A stretch of 61,494 nucleotides of DNA, the filler included, from Platydemus manokwari (lineage: Eukaryota): the NCBI GenBank assembly GCA_037951405.1. It is 5 parts of 5 records of this genome, joined end to end, with 100 filler letters (N's around TTAATTAATTAA, not from the genome) between each part and the next. Parts side by side here need not be neighbours in the genome. Positions count along the whole stretch, not along the records: positions 1 to 13,155 come from JBBMOY011819167.1; positions 13,256 to 24,904 come from JBBMOY010547774.1; 3 more parts are not named here. One strand, 5' to 3'. Numbering within the stretch: position 1 is the first letter of the stretch; each line of letters starts with the position of its first letter. The notes under the pieces are model-generated. The model ran no database searches. It was not told where the DNA came from and saw only the letters and a program-made list of their open reading frames with translations. Shown piece by piece: positions 1-14,555 of the stretch. Both the position numbers and the translations under genes were made by a program.

Positions 1-77
1 GATGGTTTCAACGGTTCAGGGATAATGATTTTGATGTGAGAAATGAAGAACGTGGAAGACCACCAAAAAAGTTTGAA
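1..77 (+). mobile_element. mariner (Mos1-like) transposase fragment, second HTH region, cut by window edge
   Basis: Frame 3 reads WFQRFRDNDFDVRNEERGRPPKKFE, matching the mariner WFxRFxxGDFDVxDxxxxGRP signature. Confidence 0.75.
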
Positions 78-179
78 TATTATTAAACATATGAGTCACG
101 TCAATGATATCACTTAATTATTTATTGTGAGTAAAATGATTAAAAATCAAGATTTGAGAGTCACAATCGAGGATTCAAT

Positions 180-654
180 ATCATGAAACGAAATCTTGCA
201 CTTTGGAACTCTTGTTTGAGCACTTTAAATATTTGCATGCCTACACAATCATACATACATGGCAATCAACCAATCATAGCTCACTTAGATGGAAACCAAT
301 AATTGGAAAAAGTGACATAGCCACACAACAACACACACATAGGGACTGACCAATCCCACACATACAAAAATCAATAAGGCAGATAAAATACATGTGAAAG
401 TAAAGATCAAACAAAATGTGATACAAAAGTGACACAAAAATTGCACACAGATCTAGAATATAAGTATCTATGTAAAGATGGCCAACTACCAGTTTTTTCA
501 GTCATTATATTAAATTTATGAGCCGCACTGAGTAGTAAGGGTGTAGTTGAAAGTCAAGTTCTAGTTGTAATTTTGTGATAGTTAGAAATAAAGTTTGCAA
601 CCTTCGATTTTTGAAGTCAGTAGTTATTTGGTTATTCAGATTCAAGGTTCAACA
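180..654 (+). mobile_element. Solo LTR, family A (5' end degraded)
   Basis: Collinear with 2231-2695 (AGCACTTTAAATATTT-CATGCCTACACAA, AATTGGAAAAAG, ACACATAGGGA-TGACCAAT, CAAAATGTGATA, CACACAGATC, GCCAACT, AATAAAGTTT). Ends TTCAACA. Confidence 0.7.
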
Positions 655-2230
655 AATAGATTCACATTACTTCATCTTCCAATGCCTTTAGAAAATACCT
701 CAACAATCCAAAAAACCACAGCAACTGATTCGTTTGTCCATCCCTGATCATGTAGTTCATGTTTAAAAACCCACAAAAATCTTGTACTTATTCATTTTCT
801 TATACAATTCTTCTACTTCTTCTTCTCTACTTTAGTAACTCGGAATAAAAAAAATTTCTCTACAAAGGAATTTGCAAGTTTATAATTATCCATAATTATT
901 ACTCATCTTTCATTGTTGATTATTAATTTAAATTTAACGTTGTTTATTTATATCAGAAAATATCTAGTAATCAATAATTTATTTCGAATTTAACAGTGGA
1001 TATTTGAAGTATATTTTCGTTGAATTTTATTATTATAAACCAAAATAAATAAAAAACCATTTACGAAATCGACCAACTCAAGCTCAATGATGAAACTCAC
1101 TCGAATCGAGTGTTGTTGAAAATATCGGATATTTATTTCTGTTTCTAAAAATGTTCTGATAATTTTTACTGGAAACTTATCAAGATTTTAAGTTGGAGAT
1201 TATCTATGACAAAGTTGTAATTACGTCTGGATTATTTATTAGGAAATTTATCCTTACGAGTCTGGTGAGTTACCTGTGATAATTGCAATCCAGAATTTGG
1301 TTGTTATCAATTGTTTCTCTTAATAAATTTTGGAAATTAAAAGTCTTAAAAAATACTCATAAAATCTATTTCATAATTTTCTCAGAAAATTTCCATTGAA
1401 AAGCGTATTGAATGACAATGAAATATAGTTCGATATTTTGCAAGTCCATGATAAATGAAAGTTGGAAGAGTTTAAAAATCGAATTCATTAATGGTGTGAG
1501 AGAGCCAATTTGAAATGAAGTGATTTATGGAATTGAAAATATTTCAGAAAAATTATTATTTTCCTAAACGTTTTATATTAATGGCTTAAATAATTATCGG
1601 TGAAAGTTAATTAAAACCTACGAATGGAATACTAAAACGTACGAATTTCTAAAAAAAAATTGATTTACTTATCGCCCACAACCTTATTTGAAATGCCCGG
1701 TAAAAATAAACAACTAAATATTTGTCTTTATACCAAGACTGGTTTTGTTTAATTTTGTTTTAATTTGATTTATACTTCCTTTGACTATGGTATCAGATTA
1801 ATAAACTAATGGAATCGAAATCTCAAAATGATAGATATTGGAGACAAACTAGACAGAATAGAGATTTGGAATTTTAGTAAAAAATATTTTCCTTAAATTT
1901 GTTTTAATTAATTTGAAAAATACATTTTCTACTAGTCTCAGAGCTGTAGAATTGGTAAATGGATTCAAGATTCAATGTCTCGATATTTCAATATTACGAA
2001 ATATTACGATTATATCAGTGAAAAAAATTTATTTGTTTAACTTAAACAATGTGTTGTATACATTATTTCGCAAAATTTGAAATGACATTTAAACTTTCCA
2101 ATGTTTTTTGTCAAACATTGTAAAGTATTGTGAAAGATTGCAGTTTTCAAATAATTTTCAATTTCAAGTGTTAATCTGTATATAATTAAAGAAAAATTAC
2201 GATTCGTTATCATAATAAAGGGTTTCATAT

Positions 2231-2695
2231 TGTTGACTGAGATGAAATTCTGCAAAAGAAAAACGGATTTGCACCATGCAACCATTTTTAAGCACTTTAA
2301 ATATTTACATGCCTACACAACCATACACGTATAGCAACCAACCAGTGGAGTTAGATGGTAAACGACAATTGGAAAAAGGAGCATAGCTTCACACCAACGT
2401 ACACATAGGGATTGACCAATACCACTCATGAAAAAACTTAAAAGCCCAATAGTAACATAGAAAAGCAATGATCGAATCAAAATGTGATATAACAAGACAC
2501 AAAAAATGACACACAGATCCCGAATATAAATATCAATGTAAAAATGCCAACTGCCAATTGGAAGCTAGGCTTGTTTATATTTTGAGAATTATGTTGAGTG
2601 TATTTATTTTGTAAGTTGTACTCAACTGAAATAAAGTTTTTCACCTTCTAGTTTTGGAGTCAGAGATTAGTTAATTGTTAAGGAGTAACCCAACA
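2231..2695 (+). mobile_element. Solo LTR, family A, complete with 4-bp TSD
   Basis: TGTTG...CAACA termini; ATAT duplicated at 2227-2230 and 2696-2699; internal TATAAA and AATAAA; two other copies in the window. Confidence 0.85.
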
Positions 2696-3138
2696 ATATC
2701 AACATATTTCTCACACCCTCCTTGAAAATCTATTCTCTTGACATCGAACATTTTTCTACTTATTAATAAATTTGATTTACTATTGTAGCCTCCTATTTAC
2801 GTTTTATCTTTGTTCCATTTAAATTTTCTGAGATCGTGATGGGACTGTAAATTTTTGCTGATTGACCCCTGTCAATTCCAATACGCATTTCACCGGCGCA
2901 CAGGTTTTGTAGTCCTTTCTATTAATTACTATAAAACATCGAATTCTATGCTTAGTGATTCAATTAGTGGTGAATTTGGACCAATAATCAGTTCACTCAT
3001 ATTCAATATCACTTATCAGTTGTAAAATGGCGTTTGTTTTAATCGAATTTTTTATCTATGTCAGTACGTCTGATAGGATTTATAATTTTAAAATTTTTAA
3101 AATCAATTTTTTATAAAATATTTATCTGCTTGAACAAC

Positions 3139-3560
3139 TGTACGTTATTCCTCCTCCTAACTCCTATTTTTGAGGAATTGGAAAAATGTGGCGGTTAAGA
3201 GGAATTGGTGATTAAGAAGAGGAATAGTGTAATTAAAATATTAATTTGGTAGTTTGACCTTGCAGTTCGTTTTCAATGTGTGCTTTATAAAATAGTAGAG
3301 GTTTACATGGCGACCACGCATTTGGATTCGATTCTGAGAATGTCTATGGAATGAAAGTCTAGAAGAGAAAAAACATAGAAAAGATCAGAAGATGTTATAG
3401 CTAACTTGTATAGAAGATATAAAGAAGAAAAAATGAAGATATAAAGTAGATATGAAGATAATATAGATGAAATAAAAAGAAGAGAAGAAACAGAAATTTT
3501 TACATAGATAATTTTCTAGAAAATTTGATGCAGACTAAATTTAGAATTCATAGAAAGTCA
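3139..3560 (+). mobile_element. 5' end of LTR retrotransposon: short LTR (3139-3307), primer-binding site (3308-3318), decayed gag-like sequence
   Basis: TGTAC...TTACA followed immediately by TGGCGACCACG (PBS-like, complementary to a tRNA 3' CCA end), then a purine-rich, stop-riddled Lys/Glu-rich frame. Confidence 0.55.
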
Positions 3561-6500
3561 AAGATTTTTAAAAAATCGGGATATGAGGATTCATAATTTG
3601 AAAAAATTTGAAATCAAATGTTTAAAAAGTACAATTTGTCTGAATAATTGTAAGTAAAATATAATCTGGTGTCGTGAGTTTTCAGTTCGTTTTCGATGCC
3701 TGTAACATATTTTCTTTTATTATTATCAAGATCACTTTTAATTATTACATGAATACGAATACAAGTTTTGGGAAAACAATTTGGAGCGTCTAGTGCTCTA
3801 CTCAGACAATTAAGAAAGCTAAGAAGAAAAGACGCCATATACCGTGAAATCCTTTAGTGAATGGAGGCAACAGCAACAACAAAAACAGCAGCCACCTCAA
3901 AAACCCATGAGCAAATCACCCAAAGAATCCAGAGAACCCGTGTTTAAGAAACCAAGAACACACCCCAAACAATAAAGACCCGGTACACCGATTGTAATTA
4001 AACCTATAAAGCCAAACCCAAAATGGGAAACTTGGGCCACCCAAAGCTGGAGTGTAGATTTGGATGCCAATATATCTGTCAAAATCTATATCAACTTTTA
4101 AGGTGCAAGTTTTGAGTTCTCACGGTCTCTGTGAGATAACCTTACCTATTTTTTTATATAAATTTCTTAGTGTGAGTTAATCGTTTGAGTTAAATTTTTT
4201 TGTGTGTAAATTTTTTTTTGAGATAAATAAAGTTTTTAACAAGTTTGAGTGCTATTTATTTACAATCTTTTAAGAGAACTCACGCTGTTGAGTTGACAAA
4301 ACAATTTTTAACATCACATACAACCCAACACAATAGTTTTGTATATAAATCGTATTTCGAATTAATGATAATTATGTTCCGTGTTCAATTGATAGTAATA
4401 ATAACCGAGATTACTAAAAATCAATATCAAAAGTAATTTGAAAACTGATACAAATGAGTTAATGAACTAAATATTACCAAAGAGATGTTGTATGTCAATT
4501 ATATTTATTTTTTGTCATTAGTCATGATTTAGTCGAACTGAAATTGTCAATGTATCTTTAGCTGACTTGTAAATGTCATTTTATATATTTCTTTTCATTA
4601 ATATAAAAATATTTAAAATTTTCAAAAATTACAAAATGTTTTGTAATATTAAACGAAATTGGCAAATGAATTTTCAAATCAAATAACATAAATACAACAA
4701 TTCAATAATTGGACTAAATTCATTTAGAATTGAAAGATTTTAAATAGCAGCAGCAATAAATAACCAGAATTAAATTTATTTCTCTAGTGCCACAGGTTAT
4801 TTTCATCGATAATGAAAAAAGTTCTTTTGCTATATAATAAGGTCGCAAACCTGTTTGTTCCAGCAGTGGCATCTTATTATTAACTTTTATTTTATTCCTA
4901 AACGCATAAAATCATATCGAACTATAGGCCTTCGAGTGAAATATGCCTATTTTAGAATAGGTCAATGAATTTGTAGAAACATGAATCACGCTTGATTTGA
5001 AGTTATAGTTGTTTGTTATGACGACCGTTACAGTAATAATAATTGTGTGCATTTGAAAAATAATTATTTCGCTTTTTGTTTGTAAATAATTCTCAAAGAT
5101 AATTTTTGAAACAAATTTTCATATGACACCAATATACCTTGTATTTTCTTTTGCAATAACAATAAATTCTTCCTTCTCATACTCAAGTAATTCTACACAA
5201 TCAAAAAGGAGATACATATAATAAAGACGTATTACGAAAGCAACATACTGTTAAATCCTTTCTGTAATTTCTATAGTATACTTGAGAGTTCTAAGAGTGC
5301 TGTTTTGTTCCAAACAAAAACAGTTATTAAATGTTTTAAATAAAAATACTGAGCAATCGGTTCAAGAATTTGCGACATTTTAAAATCATTTGAATAAATC
5401 TTTAATCAATTATTGATCAATTATATATTTATAGATAGTTTATTCTTCATATATTCTCAAATCAAATTTCATATCCAAAAATAAATTTATAATTTTGAAA
5501 AAAAAAAATTTTTCAATCACAAAACATTAAACAGTCACCAGTTGCGTGGCAAATGAATTTTTAATAACTGATTCAATTAATTATCAGAATTAAAGTAATT
5601 AATTGAGTAATTCCATTTCTAGATAAAATGAATGACAGAATTAATCGGATTTTAGGTGCCAAGATCAATTAATGATTAAATATGTTGACTTACAGATGTG
5701 ATTTTTAGATTATTTCTCTCCATCAATACGAAACGTAATCAATTTTTATTCAGATATGAATTTCTTGGCACTTTTAAAATTTATTTCTCGATTTCATTCA
5801 ATGTATGACGATATATAATTATATTCAAAGTTACTTTATAATTAATTTCGTATTATTTTTGTAACAAAAAGCAATTATTGAATTATCGTGACAATTTGAA
5901 ATGATTTATTAAAATACTTCACTTTGAAATTATAGAAAAAATCTCTGATTTCCAGAAAAATCATTGCATTTTAAGCCTGAACAGGACTTGTTAGTTTGTC
6001 GTAACTATTTTTGTATTCATCGAACAGTGCAACGTGTCATATTTGATTTCAAAATACTCAATTTCAAATACGATTAAACATTCGTCACTAGATAGTTAAT
6101 TATGAATCGATCACAAATTCCTGAAATGTATGAAAGTTTATTAATTTATATTTCAGTTACAATTAATGTAATAAGATATTTGACAACAAAAAATTAACAA
6201 TGGTTACATCATAATAAATTCTAAACAAAAAGTGTAATCAGTTATCTGGGTTTATATATTATAAGTTTATATATTATATATAATGGTTGTATGAACAAAA
6301 ACAAATATATTATCATGAATAACAATGATGATATTAATGATAATAATATTACTTAAAATAACCAATAATAGGATTTCTTTTTGAAGATTTTGAGAATAAT
6401 AATAATGACAATAATAAATAATGTTATCGTATGAAAGATAATTGTGTTGTAAAGGATTATCAATTTCCTTGAATTATCCATGAAATACTCGTGGTTATAT

Positions 6501-6649
6501 ATACCGTGCGATTCATAAGTCTCCGACTTTAAAAATAAAATAAAACAACAAAACACAATATAATTTATACTCACATATTTATACTCATTGATATTAATTA
6601 TTATTCACTGTTTAATGTACTTTATTTCTTATTAATCAGTTGCATTATT

Positions 6650-7080
6650 ACAATGTTGCGGAAGTAGCTGGTGATGTTAAATTTTCGCTTGTAGATAAAG
6701 TGTTTATAGTTAGCTGTGCAATAGTGTACCAGAGTAGAGGCAAAGTCTGTTAAGAATTTCAACAACATTTCAATCGTGCACCACCAGCTAGGAGAACTGT
6801 GCAATACTGGAAGCAGAAGTTTGAAGAAACTGGAAATTTATCCACTAGGTTGCGATCAGGAAGACCGTCTGATGAAATCATGAAGAAAAAGGTGGTAAAC
6901 TTTTTAAAAGAGAATGATGGCACAAATCAACGAGAAACCGCTCGATTGTGTATGACTTCACGCACTTCTGTTCACAGGTATCTCAAGAAAGAAAAAATAA
7001 AACGTTTAAAATATTCTTTTAATCAAGCATTGCAGAAGATGATTCCGATAGGAGGGTTGAATTCTGTCCTTGGATAGTCA
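6650..7080 (+). mobile_element. Tc1/mariner-superfamily (Tc3/rosa-like, DUF4817-type HTH) transposase remnant
   Basis: FQQHFNRAPPARRTVQYWKQKFEETGNLSTRLRSGRPS, second HTH (NQRETARLCMTSRTSVHRYLK), then frameshifted EDDSDRRVEFCPWI; no DDE domain follows. Confidence 0.7.
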
Positions 7081-7640
7081 ACGAAAACAATGTCAAATTG
7101 CTTATTATTTACAGTTATTCGTTCTTACTGTTGTTGTGTTTTGTTGTGCATTAAAGTACTTCAATTCATTTAATTTGTTCGTACAGTTGTCATTGCAGAT
7201 GTCGTTACAAGAATCAAAGCTTACCATCAACTTCACCAATATCTTTGCTACTTATTCGCATTCACCGAACTATTAAACGAATCAAATTGAAAGCATAATA
7301 TAATAGACTAGTGGTGATATTGTTCGAGAAATTCGATTGTTAAATTATTTTGATAGTTATCACTAAGGTTGAGATAAACTTCGGATTTTAGGATTATAAA
7401 ATATAAAATTACCAGCATTGTGCGAAAATATAAATTTTATATTTTCAAAAATGTCAATGATGTTGTTAAATATTGATATCTCCACAAGAAAATATTTAGC
7501 CTTTTGCCTAATTTTTGTAATAATATCAAGCAAATAGGTTAATCTTCAATCAATTAATAAGTAGTTTAGCTCAAACTATTTCTGATAAGAAAATAAATTG
7601 ATAAATAAATTAGTTAAATTTATTAGCCAGTTATTTAGAG

Positions 7641-8323
7641 CAGTGTTCTTCAAACGGTAGGGGAAACCCGACCCACCAGTGGGTCACGCAAATTTTTTTT
7701 TGAGGGTCTCTAGAAATTTCAAAGTTATAGTAAAGTAATCATAAGAAAAATATTTTTTAAATGTGAGAAGTCTACTTTTAAATAATTTCTTAAACAATTA
7801 TTCTTTTATTTTATCGATATTGTTAGGCGACAAAATAGTACATTTTTCCTTAATGTAAAAAACAGTCGCAAACAAGAGGATGTTCTAATTATTAAAAAAA
7901 AATGTGAATCATGTCTCACTTAAAGCTCAAGAAGTTTTTTCCGAACTCTCCAGTAATTTGAGATTGAAAGTAAATTTTTCAAAAAAAATTTAAGATCCTT
8001 TTGGACTAGTGTAAACACAGAATGTCCACTATTATCGGAACTAGCCATACTAACTCATCTTCCTTTTGCCTCTACTTATTTGTGTGAAAAATCATTTTCG
8101 ACACGGGCTTATATTAAAACAAAATATCGATCAAATTTTAAAGATCTGGAATTAGTATCGGCACCACCCATCATCGAAATAGAGCAAAGATTTGATGTTT
8201 TATGCTAGAGTATGCAAAAACTGTTATTGTTAAATATATTTTAATTTTATGGTGTTTAAAACATTTTTTATTAAAAAATTGTACTTAAAGTGGGTTGCAA
8301 CACAACAGGTGTGAAGACCACTG
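7641..8323 (+). mobile_element. Buster/Charlie-type hAT deletion derivative
   Basis: TIRs CAGTGTTCTTCA / TGAAGACCACTG; internal hAT dimerisation-domain remnant FWTSVNTECPLLSELAILTHLPFASTYLCEKSFSTRAYIKTKYRS; degenerate 8-bp TSD ATTTAGAG/ATCGAAAG. Confidence 0.85.
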
Positions 8324-9552
8324 ATCGAAAGTATTTTTTGTCAAAAATAAGTTTAAATTCGACTTTTGTGTTTGTAGATGTGCTGTAATAATTAAGAATG
8401 GAGTTTGATTTATAATATTCGAACTGAAAGAAACTTAATTCACATTTAATTTCTCTTGTTCTTTAATTAACAATGTTTTTAAAGTTAATTATTACTTGAA
8501 ATATATTCCATCGAAAGATATCAAATTTAGAACAAAACGAAGTAAAGAAACACTGGGTTCAAAATTAAAAAATAAAGATTATATATGGATACAACACTAT
8601 TTGATGGACTGTGATGAATATTTAGAGCTAAAATATTGATAATTGTAATCTTAATATCAAAGATTCTCAGTCTTTTATTTCAATAATTTTAAAATCAAAT
8701 TCAAAATGACATTCTTTTGAACTGGAACGATAATTCTGAGAGGTTTCTGAACGCTAAAAATAATAAATAAGTTACTGAAACGATATAATTAACAACATTC
8801 GGATATCCACATCAAGATGTACCATCTAATATAAAACCAAAATAAAACAGTGTATTAATTTTATAAATATTTTCGACTGGGTTCACTTTATGTCTTATAG
8901 TGTGCTATTTCAGGATGTCTTGAAATGATTGACTTGTTATTTTCAAATCTTATAATTAATATTTATAAGATCTGGCTTTTAACATTGCTTTCATATCATA
9001 TTAATAAGTTCTCTTCGAATAGGTCAGTCTTCTTATTAGAATCGAACTCAAAGTTTTCACAAATTAATAACCTATCCAATGATCTTGATAAACTGCCGGG
9101 TAGAATATTTATATATATATATATATTGCGTGATGATGTTGTACATATTATAAATAAATGGTGATTGTTCCAGTTTGCACAAGTAATTTTTAAGTGATGA
9201 TATAAACAGGTAATTAGACTGTGAAGCTTAAAAACAATATTCAGAATCATTAAGATATTTTCAATGTCCTCACTTATCGATGTGTTCGGCTCAATTCCAT
9301 CACCAAATGGTCCATTATTGTAATGTGTTATCGTTTCTGTTTATCCTAATCCTGTCATAGGTTCTATGATTTTTTATATACATTATTAACATTAATAATA
9401 ATAATAATAATAGCAAAAATGGTATTTATAATAGCAATATTGAATTAAAGAAACAAATAAAACGAAATCAACGATTTATTAAAATATAAACAAGAAAATA
9501 TATAAAATGAAAAAAAAATGAAAAAAACAAATTTTCTAACTATGATTTGATT

Positions 9553-9875
9553 TGTTGTGTTATTTCAAGTTGCTATGAGTGAAATGCTCAATAGGGCGGA
9601 TCCAGTTAGATGTGAGTGCTTCTCGCAATTGGTTCACCACGAGCACGAGTAAGAAAACCCAAGTGTTAACATAATAAAACAGATATACTAAATAAAAATG
9701 GGTGGGACCGACTAGAAAATAATCAAAATAAATTAACCACTCCTGGAGATTTTTCTGAGCTCAACTAGTATGCATGGTAGGAGAATAATCGGTGTCAACT
9801 CAAGTTAACTGTTTTTCCATCAATGCCTCGTGGTTTGCTGAATTCGTAGCCGCCCTTTTGCTAATGAGTAGTACA
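9553..9875 (-). mobile_element. Probable solo LTR, family C
   Basis: Relatively GC-rich island; minus strand reads TGTAC...CAACA; near-TSD GATT/TATT; shares a motif with 24151-24476. Confidence 0.45.
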
Positions 9876-12800
9876 TATTATCAATTATTTATTGTATATG
9901 TTTAACGTAGGGAGTTTCAAAAACGTGTTAGCAACAATAAGGAACTGAACAAGTTCTCACGATTTTCCGAAAGACTGTATTTATAGTACGAAATGTAATT
10001 TCACCCATATACTTAATGAATAATAATAATAAATTATATAAAATTTAAGATTTTCCCATAATAATAATTTTTGAAAAATTCAAAGAATATTTAAAATTGA
10101 TTTTAGTAAAAATCTAAATTTTATCAAAATATTAAAAAAATTATTTATCTACTTACATCTGATAGTAGTAATTTGTTATACTTTTATAATAACGAATTTT
10201 TTTTAATTTTAAAAATAACTTATTTTGTTCCTAATATAATTTGATAGAAAAATTTATTAAAATATCTCCAATAAAATTTAATTAATTTATAATTAATTGG
10301 AAAAATAAAAATACTTAATAAAGATAAGATAAATAAATTTTATTCAACTTTTAAACTGGAGATAAATTAAATAAATTGAATTAAACCATTGAATTAAAGT
10401 GCTTAATGCAAGCTGAAGGGAAATGCTAATAAAGACAGAACCCAACGAAACAAAGGTGAAATTGACAGAAGTTTACAACTAGACCAGCTTTTAAGTATTT
10501 ATATTAATGATTAACCTTGTGCGTTCCAACTCAACCTCAGATTAATTTAAAAGGTCAATGACTGAGGTCACTTGTAACATCAATGGGTTTGGTATTTTAA
10601 AAATTCGGATTTTTATTGGACCAAAGTAGATTTAGATTTGGAATTGCATTGAAGTGGCATGGTATTTTAGTAATAAAGTGGTTTGTTTTATTAAAACAAA
10701 ATTTATTCGAAAATATGTTGTCATATCGATTATTGAGAGGATAATAAACAAAAGCCATATAATCTATCGCTTCAAGTCAAGATAATAAATGGCCTGTGAA
10801 CGATAATGCACCAGAAAGACGCTGGGAAAATATTTCATCGAAAAATAATATGAAAATTGATGGAGAAAAAAATCATCTCCAATGAAATATTCATCGATTT
10901 GTGACTATTTCTGAAGTGATTTTAACGATGGTAGTAAATTTCCGAAATGGAAAATTAAAATAAACCCAAACCACCCAATCGTCTCAGCAAAAGCAAAATT
11001 GAGTAATTCAGGAAATAAAAGTAATTAGAGAAATAATTCCTCTCGATTTGAACATTGTTTCCGCTTTTAATTCTTTGGCATTTAAAAAAGATATATTATG
11101 AAATTTCGATTTAAAATTTTTTGTTTAGAAAATAATTCTAAAGATATTTTATTTTAAAAACAACTTTTGATTATGAGTGTATCTTCATGCTTTGGTGATA
11201 GCTCCCTTTTAATAAAATCTTAATTAATACAAATATACTACTGATATTAGTTAGTAAATTGAATAAATTAAAATGTTTAAATTTTATATTTATTTTTATA
11301 CTAAAACCTCGATCTGTAAGTGATTCTTTTAATGGTTAATATAGAATATTTTTCTCGCATCATACGTTCAATTAAATATTTTTACCAGCAAAGGTTTTGA
11401 TTTTGTTATTCAATAAGGGTTTCCACCCTTCAATATTCACAATTATTTAACACGTATTAATATTTGGAAACAAATAAAAAAAACCAAAGAAAAAGATCAC
11501 GGAAAAAAGGTTGACATATTTCTAGAATTGTGAATCACAGAATCAGAACAGTTCTAAAATTGGACTTTTATAACACATTTTATAGCTGAATAATCACTTC
11601 CTTTCACCTGTGAGCTAATAGAATATCTCAATTAAAGTAGCTCACTCAAACATGAAAATCTTTTTAAAAAACAAATATATTTTCAAAACATAAACAAAAC
11701 ATAAATAGCATTTGATTGATTAATACACACATATTTCTGCATACTCGATATCGTTTACTCATCTCTTCCTATTTCTACTTAATTTCTTAATAGATCGTTC
11801 AAATTGTTTTCTTATTCTTTCAAATTCAAAAATCCGATCTTTTCTCACCAATCTCGCAGCACTAGCATAAGTCAATAATAAACACACTTTATTATCTTTC
11901 TCATTGAAAATCACTGATTTTTCTCCAGGTTTCTCAAAACTCTTCTTTAAACAAGATCTTTTTGGTAATGCGTTTAAATTCGGAACAGATTCACGAAAGC
12001 GTAGCCCTTAAATAAGATTTGCTTATAATATTGCTTATAACCTCACTACAATGTTCGTAAATATTTTTATGTTACTGTCAATTTTTACAGCGCTTCGCAT
12101 TAACTACTGTGATGTCCTATTATTCTAATAGTATCTTTACGAATATTTGTAAAACTTTTACAAATGTTCTGCGCATAAAAAATATAACTAAAATTTATTT
12201 GAATTCAAAAATTCTTCTTTTAAATAAAAAGAAATTAAGGCAACAAATTCGTAACTGTATCTTAAAAAGTTTTATTTCCAAAAATTATATATGTTCGTAA
12301 TCCGAAATTATTATTAAAAAATGAAATTAATCACATTGTTAAGAAATTATTTGACGGCTTAATAATTATGAAAAATCAATTAACAAAGTAAAACAATAAG
12401 ATTTCAGTACTTATTATTGTGAGTAGATAATAGAATAAAGAAAATAAATTTCAAATTGATTTGACACAACCTCATTAGTTTTTTTAAAACTGTAATTGAT
12501 TATACTGTATTTAAACAAAATCTAAAAATGAAATATTTTACCAGAAGCGTTTTTTGAAATCTTTAACATATCTGGACTCCGGTTATTGCAGCAATTTAAT
12601 TCACAGATATTATCAAATAACATTCAAAATATAAAAAAAAAACATTTAAACAAAACAATAAAATGTATTTGATAAATTGGGATAACTTTATAACACTAGC
12701 AGATAGTATATTAGTCCCTTGCATAAAATAAAGTGTCCTACCAATGTAGGACAATCATGTCTAAGTAGTTTATGAAATTTTAGAAGACCATAAGGCTAGA

Positions 12801-13080
12801 AATAGTCTTGAATCTGTAGTTAATTGTAATTACAACAATAAAAAATTTAGTCAATTACATGAATTATACTCTGAATAATTTGGCTTAAACAGTAAATAAA
12901 ATTCACATTGTAAACGGATAATAATAAAATTCGTTTGAATAAATGTAGTGCAAACTTTTTGTACGTAGTGACTAGTGTCATTCATTTATATACTGCTTCA
13001 ATTAACGTCATGTCTGCGTACTTTATGAACCATGTTTCTATTTTTAGTAACATTTTATAGTCCTTTTAAGGCATAAGTTA

Positions 13081-13155
13081 TTAGGTCATCCGAAAAGTAA
13101 TGTCCGTTTTGACAATTTCAAATTTTGATTGATATATTATCAATCAATAGGATAT
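13081..13155 (+). mobile_element. mariner terminal inverted repeat, truncated by assembly gap
   Basis: TA followed by TTAGGTCATCCGAAAAGTAATGTCCGTTT, resembling cecropia/Hsmar1-type TIRs. Confidence 0.6.
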
Positions 13156-13255
13156 NNNNNNNNNNNNNNNNNNNNNNNNNNNNNNNNNNNNNNNNNNNNT
13201 TAATTAATTAANNNNNNNNNNNNNNNNNNNNNNNNNNNNNNNNNNNNNNNNNNNN
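13156..13255. other. Assembly spacer (100 nt, N with TTAATTAATTAA core)
   Basis: Identical N44-TTAATTAATTAA-N44 block occurs four times; the palindrome puts stops in all six frames. Confidence 0.97.
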
Positions 13256-13266
13256 TATAGACCCAA

Positions 13267-13332
<66 letters not shown>
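13267..13332. repeat. (TAT)n microsatellite
   Basis: About 22 perfect TAT units next to a contig end. Confidence 0.95.
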
Positions 13333-13549
13333 CCTAATCATAAACTTATTTATAGTAAACACTTATGTTAAATGGCAGAATAAGTGACTAAATTGATATC
13401 GCATGAAGAGATCTAATGTAATGACAAACCTATATATATATATATATAATTTTAAGTTTAAATTATTAAGGAACAATGAAATAGAATATCATTGTTGTTA
13501 TTTTATTTAGACCCGGTAACACACCTTGTGTTGCATATTAGCTTTAAAA

Positions 13550-14390
13550 GATTAATACAAATTCTTTGTCGATAAAACTTAGAGTATTATATTTACTCTT
13601 GATCAACCTATATGGTGCTTTATCAAAATCTTAACCTGAATCCATAGTTGATTAAAACCGATATTTTGGAATTTTATTGATGTGAGGTACATTTTATAAG
13701 AGTTTTATTGTTTAAACTAAGCAGTCCAATTAGATCTATAATACCCAAGTTATGAATTTGTTTCATAACACAGTTTTCACGGTGACATCAATTGAAAGCG
13801 ATTCTCTAATTGTCCATAAAAGCAAAAGAATCATCATCATTCCTTCAACTGTTAATCTCCTACTAATACAATTTCTTTACACGACATTAGGTAGAATTCA
13901 TGTTTTATCCAAGGCTTTCACCAATCATTTAAATGCCTAATTCTTATTAGATAGTTGAATATGTGTCCTCCATACCCGTTTAAGTTGACCATTGGTTGTA
14001 TACCAAGGAATAACCAGATCGAAAAGTGCAAGTTAAAGCTTAACTGGTCCATCAATCAATTCGAAAGAGATTCATTTTAATTATGAAATAATTCACAATC
14101 AATACAGCACTAATAAATGTATTCGACTTCCTTATAAATCCCAACATACTTGGTCACTGAATTCAATTCTGATCTACATTGTTCGAAGATAATCGACTGA
14201 GACCCGATATCTTCTTGGAATAATCAATTACATCAATTAAAACAAATGATTTATTATAATAATTTATTATTTATAAAATTATCAATAAATCGAACGGCAT
14301 GCTATACTTAATCGAAGTTATTTGGCATCGTTTTTGACAATCAATATATTTACGGATTATATCGGGTTAGTCCATGAAGTAGTAGAAATA
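13550..14390 (-). mobile_element. Possible highly decayed Helitron Pif1-helicase remnant
   Basis: Broken minus-strand frames give ordered, weak matches to Pif1 motifs (LVIPW, LKRVWRTHIQLSNKN, PYRLIK), with many stops and frameshifts. Confidence 0.3.
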
Positions 14391-14555
14391 ATGAATATAT
14401 GTAAGTGATAAAAATGTTTTCAAATATCTCATCAACTCTGCAAATGTATTACTGTACAGATAAAGACATATATAGCAATCATCAATAATAGAATGGCATC
14501 GACAACTAGAGGAAGAAGAATCGATGTAAGTCAAGGTGAATCTAACAATTCGAAT

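Noticed and set aside
4740-5400. Possible decayed hAT transposase on the minus strand
   Set aside because: Only vague motif echoes, no TIRs; cannot be supported without a profile search.
10552-10570. AGGTCA-n7-AGGTCA direct repeat about 4 kb downstream of foxD
   Set aside because: Non-standard spacing, separated from foxD by a gap, and no conservation data.
11590-12110. Possible THAP/P-element remnant on the minus strand (SVPNLN)
   Set aside because: The C2CH zinc ligands cannot be recovered; too degraded.
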